From a virus: a stretch of DNA of 64,000 bases. Positions 44,360 to 54,440 of the stretch are shown here, piece after piece. Positions within the stretch are counted from its first letter, which is position 1; each line of letters begins with the position of its first letter. Both the position numbers and the translations under genes were made by a program. The notes under the pieces are model-generated. The model was not told the DNA's origin. It worked only from the letters and a program-made list of their open reading frames with translations, and ran no database searches. The stretch lies in the IMG/VR virus record IMGVR_UViG_3300034683_000092, positions 1 through 64,000 of that record, one strand, 5' to 3'.

Positions 44360-45317
44360 TGGCGGTGGTAAAACGACGAGTCACATGATTAATGTAGATG
44401 GGACAGTGGATTTAAATCCAGAAAAATACACTGGAATGAATCCTAAAACTCATTTTATAATAAACACAGACTGCAAGCAATTGCCTTTGCCACCACACCT
44501 GTGGAATAGAAAGAACAAGAATTATACAGAAACCAAAGAATTGGAAGATATTAGAAAAGTCTTTCAGTATGTAGCCAAGAACCCAGATATAAAATCTATT
44601 TCATTAGATACTTTAAATGTTTATTTAGCATATAAAGAGTATAATGATAGAAAAAAGCTTACATTTGATCAGTAAACTAAAGTTTTAACATTTTTAATAA
44701 ATTTGTAAACGCTGCTGATCTAAAACTCCGTTAAACAGGGAAACTCTTGTAATATAGACAATCCTGTGCTAAACCTTTTAGAAATAAAAGAAAATGCCAA
44801 ACGACTAGGAATGATGCTTAACAAGTAATGTTGAAGCTATAAAATTTCCCACGAAAGCGGGGCACTGCTTATTTTTTTTTTAATAAGCTAAAGATATAGT
44901 CTGAGCTATATGGTGACATATAGAAGCACGAGATAAAGAGCTTGTGCGATAACAAATGGGCGTGATGTAGCCAATGATATTCTTGAAATAATCGACATGT
45001 GCAATAACGTGTTAAGAGAAGATCAAATTGGATATATATTTTGTCACACGAACATACAAACTGATGTTGATGGTGCTGATAAAAGAGTTATTGCTGTTTT
45101 AGGTAAAAAGTCGGTTTCCAGACCTCCAGAAGCATTCTTTCCAATTGTTTTAATGACAACTGTTGAAGATGACGGAGATGGAGAACCTCGCTTTTTCTTT
45201 GAAACAAAAATGAATCGTAGTACTGCAAAAACTCCACTTGGGATGTTTAATGAATTTAGAATTCCAAATTCATTAGCTTTAGTAGATAAAGCCATTAGAG
45301 ATTATCATAAGATCTAA
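44328..45317 (+). CDS. AAA-family P-loop ATPase (Sak4/AAA_24-like); exons 44328-44673 and 44959-45317, 234 aa spliced
   Basis: GPSGGGKTT, ISLDT, FDQ/WRDVA junction, CHT, AKTPLGMF...IPN.L. Confidence 0.85.
44674..44958 (+). mobile_element. Group I intron (285 nt, no ORF)
   Basis: P1 GATCAGT/GCTGATC with U-G, AACGACTA and AAGATATAGTCTGAGC (P7 and J8/7), terminal G; removal restores the TGG codon and frame. Confidence 0.93.
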
Positions 45318-45565
45318 TGAAAGACATTCTAAATAGAGTTATAAGCGGTGATTTATCAGTTGTAGACGTTTTAGTTAGAGAGGCTTTAGACGATGCAAAT
45401 GTCGTTAAAAAAGACGATTTAAATAATAGCGTATCATTGGTTCTTGCTGTGTCGATGCATAATCCAATAATGTTGGAAATGCTAATATCAAATTTAATAG
45501 GTTATTTTGAAAGAAAATATAACCTAACAAAAATAATCCACAAAAATAAAGCATTTTATGTCTAA
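45317..45565 (+). CDS. Hypothetical protein
   Basis: Coupled ORF. Confidence 0.6.
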   Translation: MKDILNRVISGDLSVVDVLVREALDDANVVKKDDLNNSVSLVLAVSMHNPIMLEMLISNLIGYFERKYNLTKIIHKNKAFYV

Positions 45566-46514
45566 AAAGAAAAATGTAGTATTGATGGCTTGGGGCGGAG
45601 CCAAAGAAACAGCTCAACAAGTGACTGAATTCAATAAGTACACTGGAATTCTTCCTGTATCAATTATTGCCTTGAATCCAAATAAGACAGAGTTGTCTAA
45701 GATCTTAGGTAGAGAGATAGAAGAAGAACCATCGTATATTATTGATGCCAAAGATGGTAAGCCAAAAACCTTGCGTATTGAATTACTAGTTAAGCCTGCT
45801 GGAGTTGAGTTTGAAGGGATTCAATTTATGAATAGGATTAACTATTTTATTCGTATGGAGATCATGCGAAATAAAGACAAGACGAAGGTTCAAGTAATAA
45901 ATAAATACGGTCAGACCGCTTGGGTTACAAACGAAGAATTTGATGCCAAAGAAGCTCCTAGCACGTCTTTCGCTATGCCGTATAGAGCGGCATTGTCTGG
46001 AGAGGCTGATTTCGTAGAAGCTATCAGAATTTACTTTGACGTTAAAAGGCCTGATGTATATAAGGATGGAGCGTGGGAGTTAAGGCCAGCTGTTGAACTT
46101 AAGGATTGTGAGGGCGAATTAGATGACTCTATGCTTAAGAAAATGGCTAGAGGAGATTTCTCTGATTTGCAAAAGTTAGTAAAAGCTTATCCTAATAACA
46201 GAATTAAATACTTTTTTGGAGTTAAAATCTACGAAGGCAAGGAGTATCAAACTGCTTGCACAAGGGTTCCTATTGCTCCAAATGCAAGAAACCTAACAAG
46301 GTATTTTGAGAGATTGAAATATCTAATGGGTACTCCATCTTATCAAAACACTTCATTTGGTCAAGAACCTTATGTGTTTGGTGTTTATAAGCCTATGGCA
46401 TCTGATTTTGAGCAAAAAGAATCAGTAGCTATTCCATCTGTAGCTGACCCATTTGCTGCTAATGATAACTCAATGGCCACAAACAGTGACGCAATTGATG
46501 ATTTACCATTTTAA
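45558..46514 (+). CDS. Putative ssDNA-binding protein
   Basis: Acidic tail ending DDLPF; lies between the ATPase and primase. Confidence 0.65.
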   Translation: MSKKKNVVLMAWGGAKETAQQVTEFNKYTGILPVSIIALNPNKTELSKILGREIEEEPSYIIDAKDGKPKTLRIELLVKPAGVEFEGIQFMNRINYFIRMEIMRNKDKTKVQVINKYGQTAWVTNEEFDAKEAPSTSFAMPYRAALSGEADFVEAIRIYFDVKRPDVYKDGAWELRPAVELKDCEGELDDSMLKKMARGDFSDLQKLVKAYPNNRIKYFFGVKIYEGKEYQTACTRVPIAPNARNLTRYFERLKYLMGTPSYQNTSFGQEPYVFGVYKPMASDFEQKESVAIPSVADPFAANDNSMATNSDAIDDLPF

Positions 46515-46520
46515 TAAAAT

Positions 46521-47492
46521 ATGATTAAAGCTAATCTATCAGAAGTTTCTTTAGAAGATATAGCTCATATTGATCAAGTAGAATTAGCACGTAGGTATCT
46601 TGGTATATCCAAGATGCCTATTGTTATTTCTTCTCCATTTAGAGAAGATAAACATCCGTCTTTTTCTATTAGATATAAAAATGGAGTAGTTCAATTTATG
46701 GATTTTGCAACAAATGATTATGGTAACATATACACATTGCTTTGCAAGATGTGGAATTGTTCTTTTAAAGAAGCTATATCTAAAATCTATTATGATTATG
46801 CATGTAATAACTACAGCAAAATAAATGGATTTAAAAAGCCTATAATAGACAAAGAATCTGTATTCCAATCGCAAATAGATGTAAAAGTAAGAGCTTTTGA
46901 GGATTATGATTTAGAGTTTTGGGGCAAATACGGTATAAGCAAAGAATGGTTAGTTTTTGGAGATGTATATGCAATATCACATATATTTATTAAAAAAAGC
47001 GATAAAGAGTACTCTTTTTTAGCTGATAAATATGCTTACGTTTATATAGAGCGCAAAGACAATATTGTGTCTAAAAAGATATATCAGCCTTATAATGATA
47101 GATATAAGTGGATTAATAAATCAGATGCATCTGTTTGGGACTTATTTGCTAAACTACCATTCTATGGCGATAAGCTTATTATTACTTCGTCACGAAAAGA
47201 CGCTTTAAATTTATGGAGTAACTTAGCAATCCCAGCAACATCCTTGCAGGGAGAAGGGTTTATTCCAAAAGAAAAAGTTATCAACGAATTGAAGCATAGG
47301 TTTAAAAGAATATATGTTTTATACGATAATGACGAAGCTGGTATTATTAACTCAAAAAAGATATGTGATAAATATGATTTAGAAAACATAATGATTCCAT
47401 TGGAAGAGTTATCTAAAGACCCTAGTGATTTATATAAAAACACTGGTGAAAGAAATTACTTATCAGTATTTAAAAAAATATTAAACATTTAA
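46521..47492 (+). CDS. dnaG: DNA primase (DnaG-like TOPRIM)
   Basis: SPFREDKHPSF, IITSSRKD, YDNDEAG and KDPSD motifs. Confidence 0.88.
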   Translation: MIKANLSEVSLEDIAHIDQVELARRYLGISKMPIVISSPFREDKHPSFSIRYKNGVVQFMDFATNDYGNIYTLLCKMWNCSFKEAISKIYYDYACNNYSKINGFKKPIIDKESVFQSQIDVKVRAFEDYDLEFWGKYGISKEWLVFGDVYAISHIFIKKSDKEYSFLADKYAYVYIERKDNIVSKKIYQPYNDRYKWINKSDASVWDLFAKLPFYGDKLIITSSRKDALNLWSNLAIPATSLQGEGFIPKEKVINELKHRFKRIYVLYDNDEAGIINSKKICDKYDLENIMIPLEELSKDPSDLYKNTGERNYLSVFKKILNI

Positions 47493-47494
47493 AT

Positions 47495-48385
47495 ATGAAT
47501 TTTGATTCTTTTTATTCAATTTATCAAAAATATGATGATATAAACGCAAAAGAATATCCAACACCGTCTAATCCTAAGTCGAGGATACAACACAGATGGT
47601 GTTTTTCTCCGCTATTTAACAAAAGCACTGAATCTTTTAAATCCATACAAGTTATTAAGATATGGATGACCAGTAAAGATGTTAGTAATGAAATCGAAGG
47701 TAAAGATATTGACCCGTATAATAGGATGATGTCAAATGAATCTCATAAAGTTTTAATAACAGAAGAAGAACTTCGTAACTACATCAATAATGTATCTCTT
47801 CTTTTTAATGTTGAAATGACATTAGATACTATCGATGATTCAGAATGGGTGGTATCTATCTTTACGAAAGGATCTACTGACGTTGGAAGGATAAAAACTG
47901 TTATGACTTTTGTTCGATACGCTTATGAGTTCTCTTTTAATTACATATTGGCATTATTATATGGATCTATTGACTTAGGTATATTTAGTAAGGATGAAGA
48001 CTTCTTTGCTTTATTGTTCTTCTTTAGTGTTACAGAGCATAGCAATGACAATCATGCTTTTGCTGGAAATAGTGACATATTGTATACTAATCCTGCAATA
48101 TTAAATGAACATATTGGAGAAACACGAATAGAAGGCGTATATTACTTTATGGAAAGAGCATCTATAAATGTTGATCGTTTATTATATGAAGATGGTGAGA
48201 AAGTTTGTGAAACAGTAAGAACCGAGTCTTATTTTAGAAATCTATTAAGCGAAGGAAGTGCTGAGTATTGTAGTGATCCAAATAAAAATGGAGTTTATGA
48301 TTATTTAAAAAACAACAAAGATCAAATAATTAAATTATATGAAAGTTATAAAAAACAGATTAAAGATCAGGTCCAAAAACCATAG
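47495..48385 (+). CDS. Hypothetical protein of the ligase cluster, paralog of 49138-49959
   Basis: CFS, K..MTFVRYAYE..FN.IL and H.F motifs shared. Confidence 0.7.
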   Translation: MNFDSFYSIYQKYDDINAKEYPTPSNPKSRIQHRWCFSPLFNKSTESFKSIQVIKIWMTSKDVSNEIEGKDIDPYNRMMSNESHKVLITEEELRNYINNVSLLFNVEMTLDTIDDSEWVVSIFTKGSTDVGRIKTVMTFVRYAYEFSFNYILALLYGSIDLGIFSKDEDFFALLFFFSVTEHSNDNHAFAGNSDILYTNPAILNEHIGETRIEGVYYFMERASINVDRLLYEDGEKVCETVRTESYFRNLLSEGSAEYCSDPNKNGVYDYLKNNKDQIIKLYESYKKQIKDQVQKP

Positions 48386-49145
48386 TGCAAAACTATTGGA
48401 TCGTTTAGAGTGTGACAAATTATCAGTGTTAAGACTTGGAAGCAAAACGCCAAATGACGTAGTCTTCGCAAATAGCAAACGCTACAAAAAAGGAGAAATC
48501 CCTTTTGAGATAAACACTGTTGAAGCATGCGTTAACTCTTCTAACAAGAGATTAATGAAGCAATGCTTTAACGAATTAGACGTAGCAACAGCGTTATGGT
48601 GCGATTTAAGCGAGTTTATCGAAGGAGATGCTGAATTCTCTTATCCAATAGTAGTAAAGGGCATATACGGCTATAAAAACAAAGATAACTATTTTATCAA
48701 AGGCAAAGAAGAACTTGATGAATGGTTGAAAGTTGATAGAAAAATTGAAAACTATATAGTAGAGAAGTTCTACACCTACTCAAAAGAGTATAGAGTTCAT
48801 GTAGCTAAGGTTGGAGATGAATATAATGCTTTTTATAGTTTGCGTAAAATGCTTGTAAATGACATTCCTGATGAAGATAGGTGGTTTAGAAATGACGCAA
48901 ATTGCGTGTGGATTTTAGAGGACAACGAGCAATTTGATGCTCCTATAAATTGGGATAGCATCAAAGAGCAAGCTTGTAAGGCCATCGAGTCTGTTGGATT
49001 GTCAATGGGTTGTGTAGATGTAAAAACGCAATCACGCAAAGGTGAATGCGGATGCATTATATTAGAAACAAACTCTGCGCCAAGCCTTTCTGAGATAACT
49101 GCTGAAAAATATAACGAACAATTAAAATTGATGTTAAATGTATAG
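48339..49145 (+). CDS. ATP-grasp (RimK-like) ligase
   Basis: SSNKRLMK, YPIVVK, EYRVHV, GCVDV and ILETNSAP motifs. Confidence 0.88.
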   Translation: MKVIKNRLKIRSKNHSAKLLDRLECDKLSVLRLGSKTPNDVVFANSKRYKKGEIPFEINTVEACVNSSNKRLMKQCFNELDVATALWCDLSEFIEGDAEFSYPIVVKGIYGYKNKDNYFIKGKEELDEWLKVDRKIENYIVEKFYTYSKEYRVHVAKVGDEYNAFYSLRKMLVNDIPDEDRWFRNDANCVWILEDNEQFDAPINWDSIKEQACKAIESVGLSMGCVDVKTQSRKGECGCIILETNSAPSLSEITAEKYNEQLKLMLNV

Positions 49146-49959
49146 AGGGTATCAGTGTATATATAGTATAATAGAGACTACTGAAAAGGATTTTGATGTA
49201 GCTAATAGTGATAGCTATAAAAAGTTTATAGCATCAACAGTCCCATCTGGAACTATCCATGTGTGTTTTTCAAATATATTTGGAAGAAAATGCTTTGATT
49301 ACTTATTAATTAAAGCTTTCGCAAACCCTCAATACGCAATTCAGTCTGGAGGGTCAAATGTATGCGTATTAACAAAAGACGAAATTATGTTTTTTGTTGA
49401 CCAGATAAAAGAGCTTTACAAAGTGAACATTGAAATATTTTTTCACGAAAAGCATCAAACAAGAAATAAATTGTCTAAATATCCATTCTTTGTTATATCA
49501 TATAAATCATCTGACAATTTATTCATAGATAAAGTAGTACTAACGCTGCTGAGATATATGTTTGAAGAGCCATATAATCTTATTTTGAAAACTGTATTTT
49601 TAATGGCTGATGATGATTCTTTTAAAGATAACGATTTTTGGTTTAACTTCGAGACGGCTATAGGATGTTGTTATGGTGGAAGTGGGCACGGTTTTGTTTC
49701 TACATATGCAATACAACCTTTAAAATTGGATTTTAAAGAGAACAAAGAGTGTAGAGTAAATTCTATGGTTAAATATTGCGGAGAATCTGTAAGCAATAAC
49801 AAATCGATCGATTTCGCATCTATACCAGACGAGATATTGTATGAAGATAAAGATTATTCTTGCGGTTTGAAGTTCTTGAATTTATATGAAGAGAAAGTTA
49901 GGCCTTTATTATTAATTGTAAACGATATTAAAAAACAAAACTTAAATGAAAAAGTGTAA
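49138..49959 (+). CDS. Hypothetical protein of the ligase cluster, paralog of 47495-48385
   Basis: CFS, K..LTLLRYMFE..YN.IL and GHGF motifs. Confidence 0.7.
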   Translation: MYRGYQCIYSIIETTEKDFDVANSDSYKKFIASTVPSGTIHVCFSNIFGRKCFDYLLIKAFANPQYAIQSGGSNVCVLTKDEIMFFVDQIKELYKVNIEIFFHEKHQTRNKLSKYPFFVISYKSSDNLFIDKVVLTLLRYMFEEPYNLILKTVFLMADDDSFKDNDFWFNFETAIGCCYGGSGHGFVSTYAIQPLKLDFKENKECRVNSMVKYCGESVSNNKSIDFASIPDEILYEDKDYSCGLKFLNLYEEKVRPLLLIVNDIKKQNLNEKV

Positions 49960-50581
49960 TATTTTTGTTGTTGGAGGTAGCACTGGCTATGTTTCATGGA
50001 TTGAGAATGTTAATTTAGTAGACTCTCCTTTAAAGGCCGACATAGTATTCTTTACTGGAGGCGAGGACGTTAGTCCGTCACTATATGGAGAAGAATCTCA
50101 TAGAACAACATTCGCAAATAAGAAAAGAGATATTGTTGAAATGGAAGTTTTTAACCTTGTAAAAGACAATCCTGATATTCTTAAGCTTGGAGTTTGCAGG
50201 GGATCTCAATTCTTAACAGTAATGAATGGAGCAAAACTAGTTCAGAATGTCAATAACCATGCTATTTGGGGTGGTCACGACATAGATGTAGAGCATCCTG
50301 AATTCGTTGGTACTATAAAGATAACGTCTACGCATCACCAAATGCTAAGACCCTTTGTGTTGCCAGATGAAGAGTACGATTTAATAGCTGTGTCTTCCAC
50401 TAAAAGAAGTGATGTCTATCAAGGCGGAAATGGCGATATAGAAATGCCTTGTGAACCAGAAATTGTGTATTATAAAAAGACAAACAGTCTTTGTATTCAA
50501 GGGCATCCTGAAATGCTTCCTTTTGAATGCGAGACAAACGTTGTTTTGAGAAAGATTTTAAATTATTATATCAACAAGTAA
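49946..50581 (+). CDS. Class I glutamine amidotransferase / peptidase C26-like
   Basis: FTGGEDV.P..YG, GVCRGSQ, STHHQ and QGHPE (Cys-His-Glu triad). Confidence 0.9.
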   Translation: MKKCNIFVVGGSTGYVSWIENVNLVDSPLKADIVFFTGGEDVSPSLYGEESHRTTFANKKRDIVEMEVFNLVKDNPDILKLGVCRGSQFLTVMNGAKLVQNVNNHAIWGGHDIDVEHPEFVGTIKITSTHHQMLRPFVLPDEEYDLIAVSSTKRSDVYQGGNGDIEMPCEPEIVYYKKTNSLCIQGHPEMLPFECETNVVLRKILNYYINK

Positions 50582-50594
50582 TCAATTATCAATT

Positions 50595-51416
50595 ATGGAC
50601 AAGTTTATTAAAGTTCAAATGTTGGGTTCTGACCCAGAGTTTTTAATCAAAAATCAAAAAAGTAACAAATATATATCTTCTATCGGGATTATCCCTGGTA
50701 CAAAAGAGGAACCTCATAAAATTGAGGAGCTGGGCAAGGGTTACGCTATCGAGATAGATAACGTACTGGGGGAATTTAATATCCCACCTGCAAGTACAAA
50801 GGAGGAATTTGTTGCAAACATGAATAAGATGAAGTTATTTATTGATAAGTGGCTTAAATCTAAAGATGAAAATCTAATTGCAGTTCATTTAGCTTCTGCC
50901 AGATATGATGAAGATCAATTGCAATCAGAAGAAGCTAAGCTATTTGGTTGTGACCCAGATTTCTGTGCTTGGACGAGAAGTCAAAATGAAAAGCCAAAAG
51001 CGAAAGACACAAGACTTCGTTCAACAGGATGTCATATCCATGTATCTTTTGAAGATAAAGACATTGACAAGTGCGAAGTACTTGTTAAAGCAATGGATTT
51101 GTTTTTAGGAGTTCCATCCATACTAATGGATAAAGACAAAGATAGAAGACAACTCTATGGAAAAGCTGGATGTTTTAGAATTCAACAATATGGTGTTGAA
51201 TATAGGACTTTATCTGGGTTCTTCCTTGGCAGCGATGAGCTTATTGGATGGATGTTTGACAACACAATGGCAGCTATCGATTGGATAAATAGTGATTTGT
51301 CTGCTGCTAGAATTGCATTAGAAGAAAACAGAGAGGAAATAATCTCTGCAATCAACAATGGAGATGAAGAAAAAGCATCTTCATTAGTTCAGAAGTTCGG
51401 AATTAAATTAGTGTAA
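50595..51416 (+). CDS. phiEco32-like COOH-NH2 ligase (glutamine synthetase-like fold)
   Basis: GSDPEF, DNV.GEFNIPP, FGCDPD, RSTGCHIH, RRQLYGKAGCFR and GVEYRTLS motifs. Confidence 0.9.
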   Translation: MDKFIKVQMLGSDPEFLIKNQKSNKYISSIGIIPGTKEEPHKIEELGKGYAIEIDNVLGEFNIPPASTKEEFVANMNKMKLFIDKWLKSKDENLIAVHLASARYDEDQLQSEEAKLFGCDPDFCAWTRSQNEKPKAKDTRLRSTGCHIHVSFEDKDIDKCEVLVKAMDLFLGVPSILMDKDKDRRQLYGKAGCFRIQQYGVEYRTLSGFFLGSDELIGWMFDNTMAAIDWINSDLSAARIALEENREEIISAINNGDEEKASSLVQKFGIKLV

Positions 51417-51461
51417 AACATTACGGCCTGTTGAAATATACAGGCCGCAAAACTTAAAAAT

Positions 51462-53027
51462 ATGATTATAACAAACTTTATTATTTTAGCCGTATTGATT
51501 CATTCTATTATGGCATTCACACTTAAAGACAAAGTAAAATCAAACGCTTATTGTGGGCTGTTTGGATTCGTAGGAGGCGGTGGATTCGATCTGTTCAGAA
51601 TGTGTATTCTTGGCATTTATAATGACACAAGAGGCGGAGACTCAACAGGCGTATCCTTGGATGGCGTTCATTATGGATCTAAAGGTAATAAAAACAAGCT
51701 ATTTAGAGCTTTTATCGCTGAAGAGAATCCATTTGACGAGTTAGCAATGAGACCCAAGGTAGCATTAGGACATTGTAGAAAAGCTTCTGTTGGTGGAATT
51801 GGGGAAGCGCAAGCACAGCCAGTGTATATAAAAGAAGGTGACAAAGTGAAATTTGTTATGATTCATAATGGTACTTTAGTTAATTATAAAGAATTAGCTA
51901 AAAAGTACGAAGTAGAATATGAAGCCTCAGAAACGGATTCTCAGATATTTTGTAAAATAGTTTATAAAGCTGGATATAAAGTTCTTGGTGAATATATAGG
52001 CGCTGGAGCATTTGTGTTCCATGATCTTAGAATTAACAAGGTGTTTGCATTTAAAGGTAATAGTAAGATGTATAACAACTCTGCTAATACAGAGGATGAA
52101 AGGCCTTTTTATATTTTAAAATCTGGTGGTGGATATTATTTCTCATCAATAAAAGAGTCTTTAAGTGCTATTAGAAAAAACAATGATGGAGATGTAATGA
52201 CTATTAAAGTTAATACACTTACTGATTTGACTGGTGGTATTTTAGGTTATGCAAACACATACGATAGGGCTAATTTGCATCAGCTAGAATCCAAATATGG
52301 AATGTTTGACGACTACGGATGCAATACAGCTTTAATAAACAGGGGTGGAGGATACAATCCAAACAAAGAGGTTATTCTTACTTCAAAGTTAGAGCTAGAG
52401 GGAAATCATAAAAACACAGATTCATATATTACTCATGACGAAGATGGGTTTTATAATATTGGTGGAAAGCCTTTCACTGGAGCTATTTTGACAAGTACTG
52501 CTGGTTGGATTTATGACAGGAATGAAGGGTTTGGCAAATTGAATGGGCCTAAGTATAATGGAACTGTATTTGAGTCGTATTTCATGCGTGGAATAAAAAT
52601 GAATTCAAAAGTTGATTTTTACGCATGCAATTACTTTATTCGGAATTTTGTTGATAAATACGATTCGGATTTAAAGGATTTATCAGAGGAAGAAAAGCAA
52701 GATCTTTTTGGGACTATCTTAGCGTTCTCAAATACGTCAGTAAAAATAGGCGGATTGTTTAAAACAGTTAAAAAAGGTGATTTAATAAATGCTTCTACTG
52801 TCTATCTAGTTCCACTATTCCAGTCTGGGCTGGAAAAGCATTATTATATTCTTTCTGGTAAAGTATACTCTTATAAAAAGGCTTCGATTTCTCAAAAAGA
52901 TCTAATGAATACACCAAAGCATTCAATAGATGGAACGGCTGAATTAAATAAGATGTTAGAAAACAATAGTTCAGATAAAGAGCTTGAAGAATTTTATGTT
53001 AATTATATAAAACAAAATATAATATAA
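51462..53027 (+). CDS. Class II (Ntn) glutamine amidotransferase with N-terminal leader and C-terminal extension
   Basis: CGLFG, RGGDSTG, GHCRKAS, HNGT, TDSQ and ERP motifs. Confidence 0.88.
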   Translation: MIITNFIILAVLIHSIMAFTLKDKVKSNAYCGLFGFVGGGGFDLFRMCILGIYNDTRGGDSTGVSLDGVHYGSKGNKNKLFRAFIAEENPFDELAMRPKVALGHCRKASVGGIGEAQAQPVYIKEGDKVKFVMIHNGTLVNYKELAKKYEVEYEASETDSQIFCKIVYKAGYKVLGEYIGAGAFVFHDLRINKVFAFKGNSKMYNNSANTEDERPFYILKSGGGYYFSSIKESLSAIRKNNDGDVMTIKVNTLTDLTGGILGYANTYDRANLHQLESKYGMFDDYGCNTALINRGGGYNPNKEVILTSKLELEGNHKNTDSYITHDEDGFYNIGGKPFTGAILTSTAGWIYDRNEGFGKLNGPKYNGTVFESYFMRGIKMNSKVDFYACNYFIRNFVDKYDSDLKDLSEEEKQDLFGTILAFSNTSVKIGGLFKTVKKGDLINASTVYLVPLFQSGLEKHYYILSGKVYSYKKASISQKDLMNTPKHSIDGTAELNKMLENNSSDKELEEFYVNYIKQNII

Positions 53028-54439
53028 TGTTAGTAAAAACAATATCTAATAATGTAGTCGATAGAGCTGACTGCATCCAAATCAAAGATAAATTTTATCA
53101 AAAAGAAGTAGACTGTGTTAGACTCGAAGGAAAATGGTATTGGGTTAAAAGTCGAATGATTTATTTCAATGAAAGACTTGATAAATACAAGAAGGTGACT
53201 AACGATACTACTGACTTTTTTACTAAAAAAGATGGCGTTATTAAGATTGTAAGAGATGAATTGGAGCCTGGGGAGTCTGTTGAAGTTTCAATTAAAGGTT
53301 TTGGTGATGGAGTTGTATCTTCCAGGGACGAAGCCTTAAGGATGGATCTTGTTTATGATAATAGATGCGGTCGGTATGTAGACCCAACCTATTTTCGTGA
53401 AAGAGGACTAACTGTAAACTCCAAAGATGCTATAAAAACTGGTAAGAAGCTTTATGCAACTCTTCCAGAGAAATATAATTCATCTGACCTAATGGATAAG
53501 TTCAATGTGCCACAACGAGTAGCAAAATATAATCCAACGTCTTTTAATGTTCAAGAAAAACTTGGACTTGAATATTCATTTGGATTTGAGTTTGAAACCA
53601 GTGGTGGAAACATCCCATTAGAAGAGCTTTATAGAACTGGGTTAATGCCTTTAAGAGATGGGTCTATTTCTGGACACGAGTACACTACTATTCCATTAAT
53701 GGGGGATTTTGGTTTGTCTGTTTTAGAAAATCAGATAAATTTGCTAAATAAGTATACCATTATAGATAAAGAATGCTCAATGCATATCCATCTAGGTGGT
53801 TATCCAATTAGTGAAAAAGCCATTATGTCTGCTTATCTTATGGCGGTAAATCTAGAACATGAGATCGGAACGCTATTCCCTAGATATATATTTGAAACCC
53901 ATAACTACAAGGCAAAAGGCAAAGACTATTGCAAGCAGCTTTATGGTGCATCAAGTATAAATGACATCTATAAGATACTATCTGCTGGATATTATAAAAC
54001 ATTTGGTGGAGATTTCACTCTTAATCATCCAAGCGATTCAGGCGATCAGCAGAAATGGAATATAGAGTATCGTTATTACTGGTTTAATCTTATTAATATG
54101 ATGTTTAAAAATCATGGAAAGACGATTGAATTTAGAATCCATACTCCAACTCATAATGCAGATAAGATTTATGCATGGCTGCTAATAACATCTGCTATAT
54201 TGAAATATGCAGAGGAGAATATCCCAGAAGTGTTAGACAGAGATAAGGCTTATGACTTATCTTATATTATAAAGAAGTCTGGGTATCCTTTGGAATTGCA
54301 GACTATTTTATTGGAATATATAAATTGGAGAGAAAGCTTTTGCAAAGAGATGGATCGTGTTGGTGATTACGCTGGAATAAGTGAGATCATTAACGATTCT
54401 CAAGAGTTTGGGCTTCTTAAATATTTGAAATCATTATAA
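53027..54439 (+). CDS. Putative amidoligase (Amidoligase_2-like)
   Basis: FGFEFET, DGSI.G.EY.T, CSMHIH, RY...N and TIEFR motifs. Confidence 0.88.
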   Translation: MLVKTISNNVVDRADCIQIKDKFYQKEVDCVRLEGKWYWVKSRMIYFNERLDKYKKVTNDTTDFFTKKDGVIKIVRDELEPGESVEVSIKGFGDGVVSSRDEALRMDLVYDNRCGRYVDPTYFRERGLTVNSKDAIKTGKKLYATLPEKYNSSDLMDKFNVPQRVAKYNPTSFNVQEKLGLEYSFGFEFETSGGNIPLEELYRTGLMPLRDGSISGHEYTTIPLMGDFGLSVLENQINLLNKYTIIDKECSMHIHLGGYPISEKAIMSAYLMAVNLEHEIGTLFPRYIFETHNYKAKGKDYCKQLYGASSINDIYKILSAGYYKTFGGDFTLNHPSDSGDQQKWNIEYRYYWFNLINMMFKNHGKTIEFRIHTPTHNADKIYAWLLITSAILKYAEENIPEVLDRDKAYDLSYIIKKSGYPLELQTILLEYINWRESFCKEMDRVGDYAGISEIINDSQEFGLLKYLKSL

Positions 54440-54440
54440 A

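Noticed and set aside
44997-45317. Separate 106-aa gene
   Set aside because: It is exon 2 of the intron-split AAA ATPase
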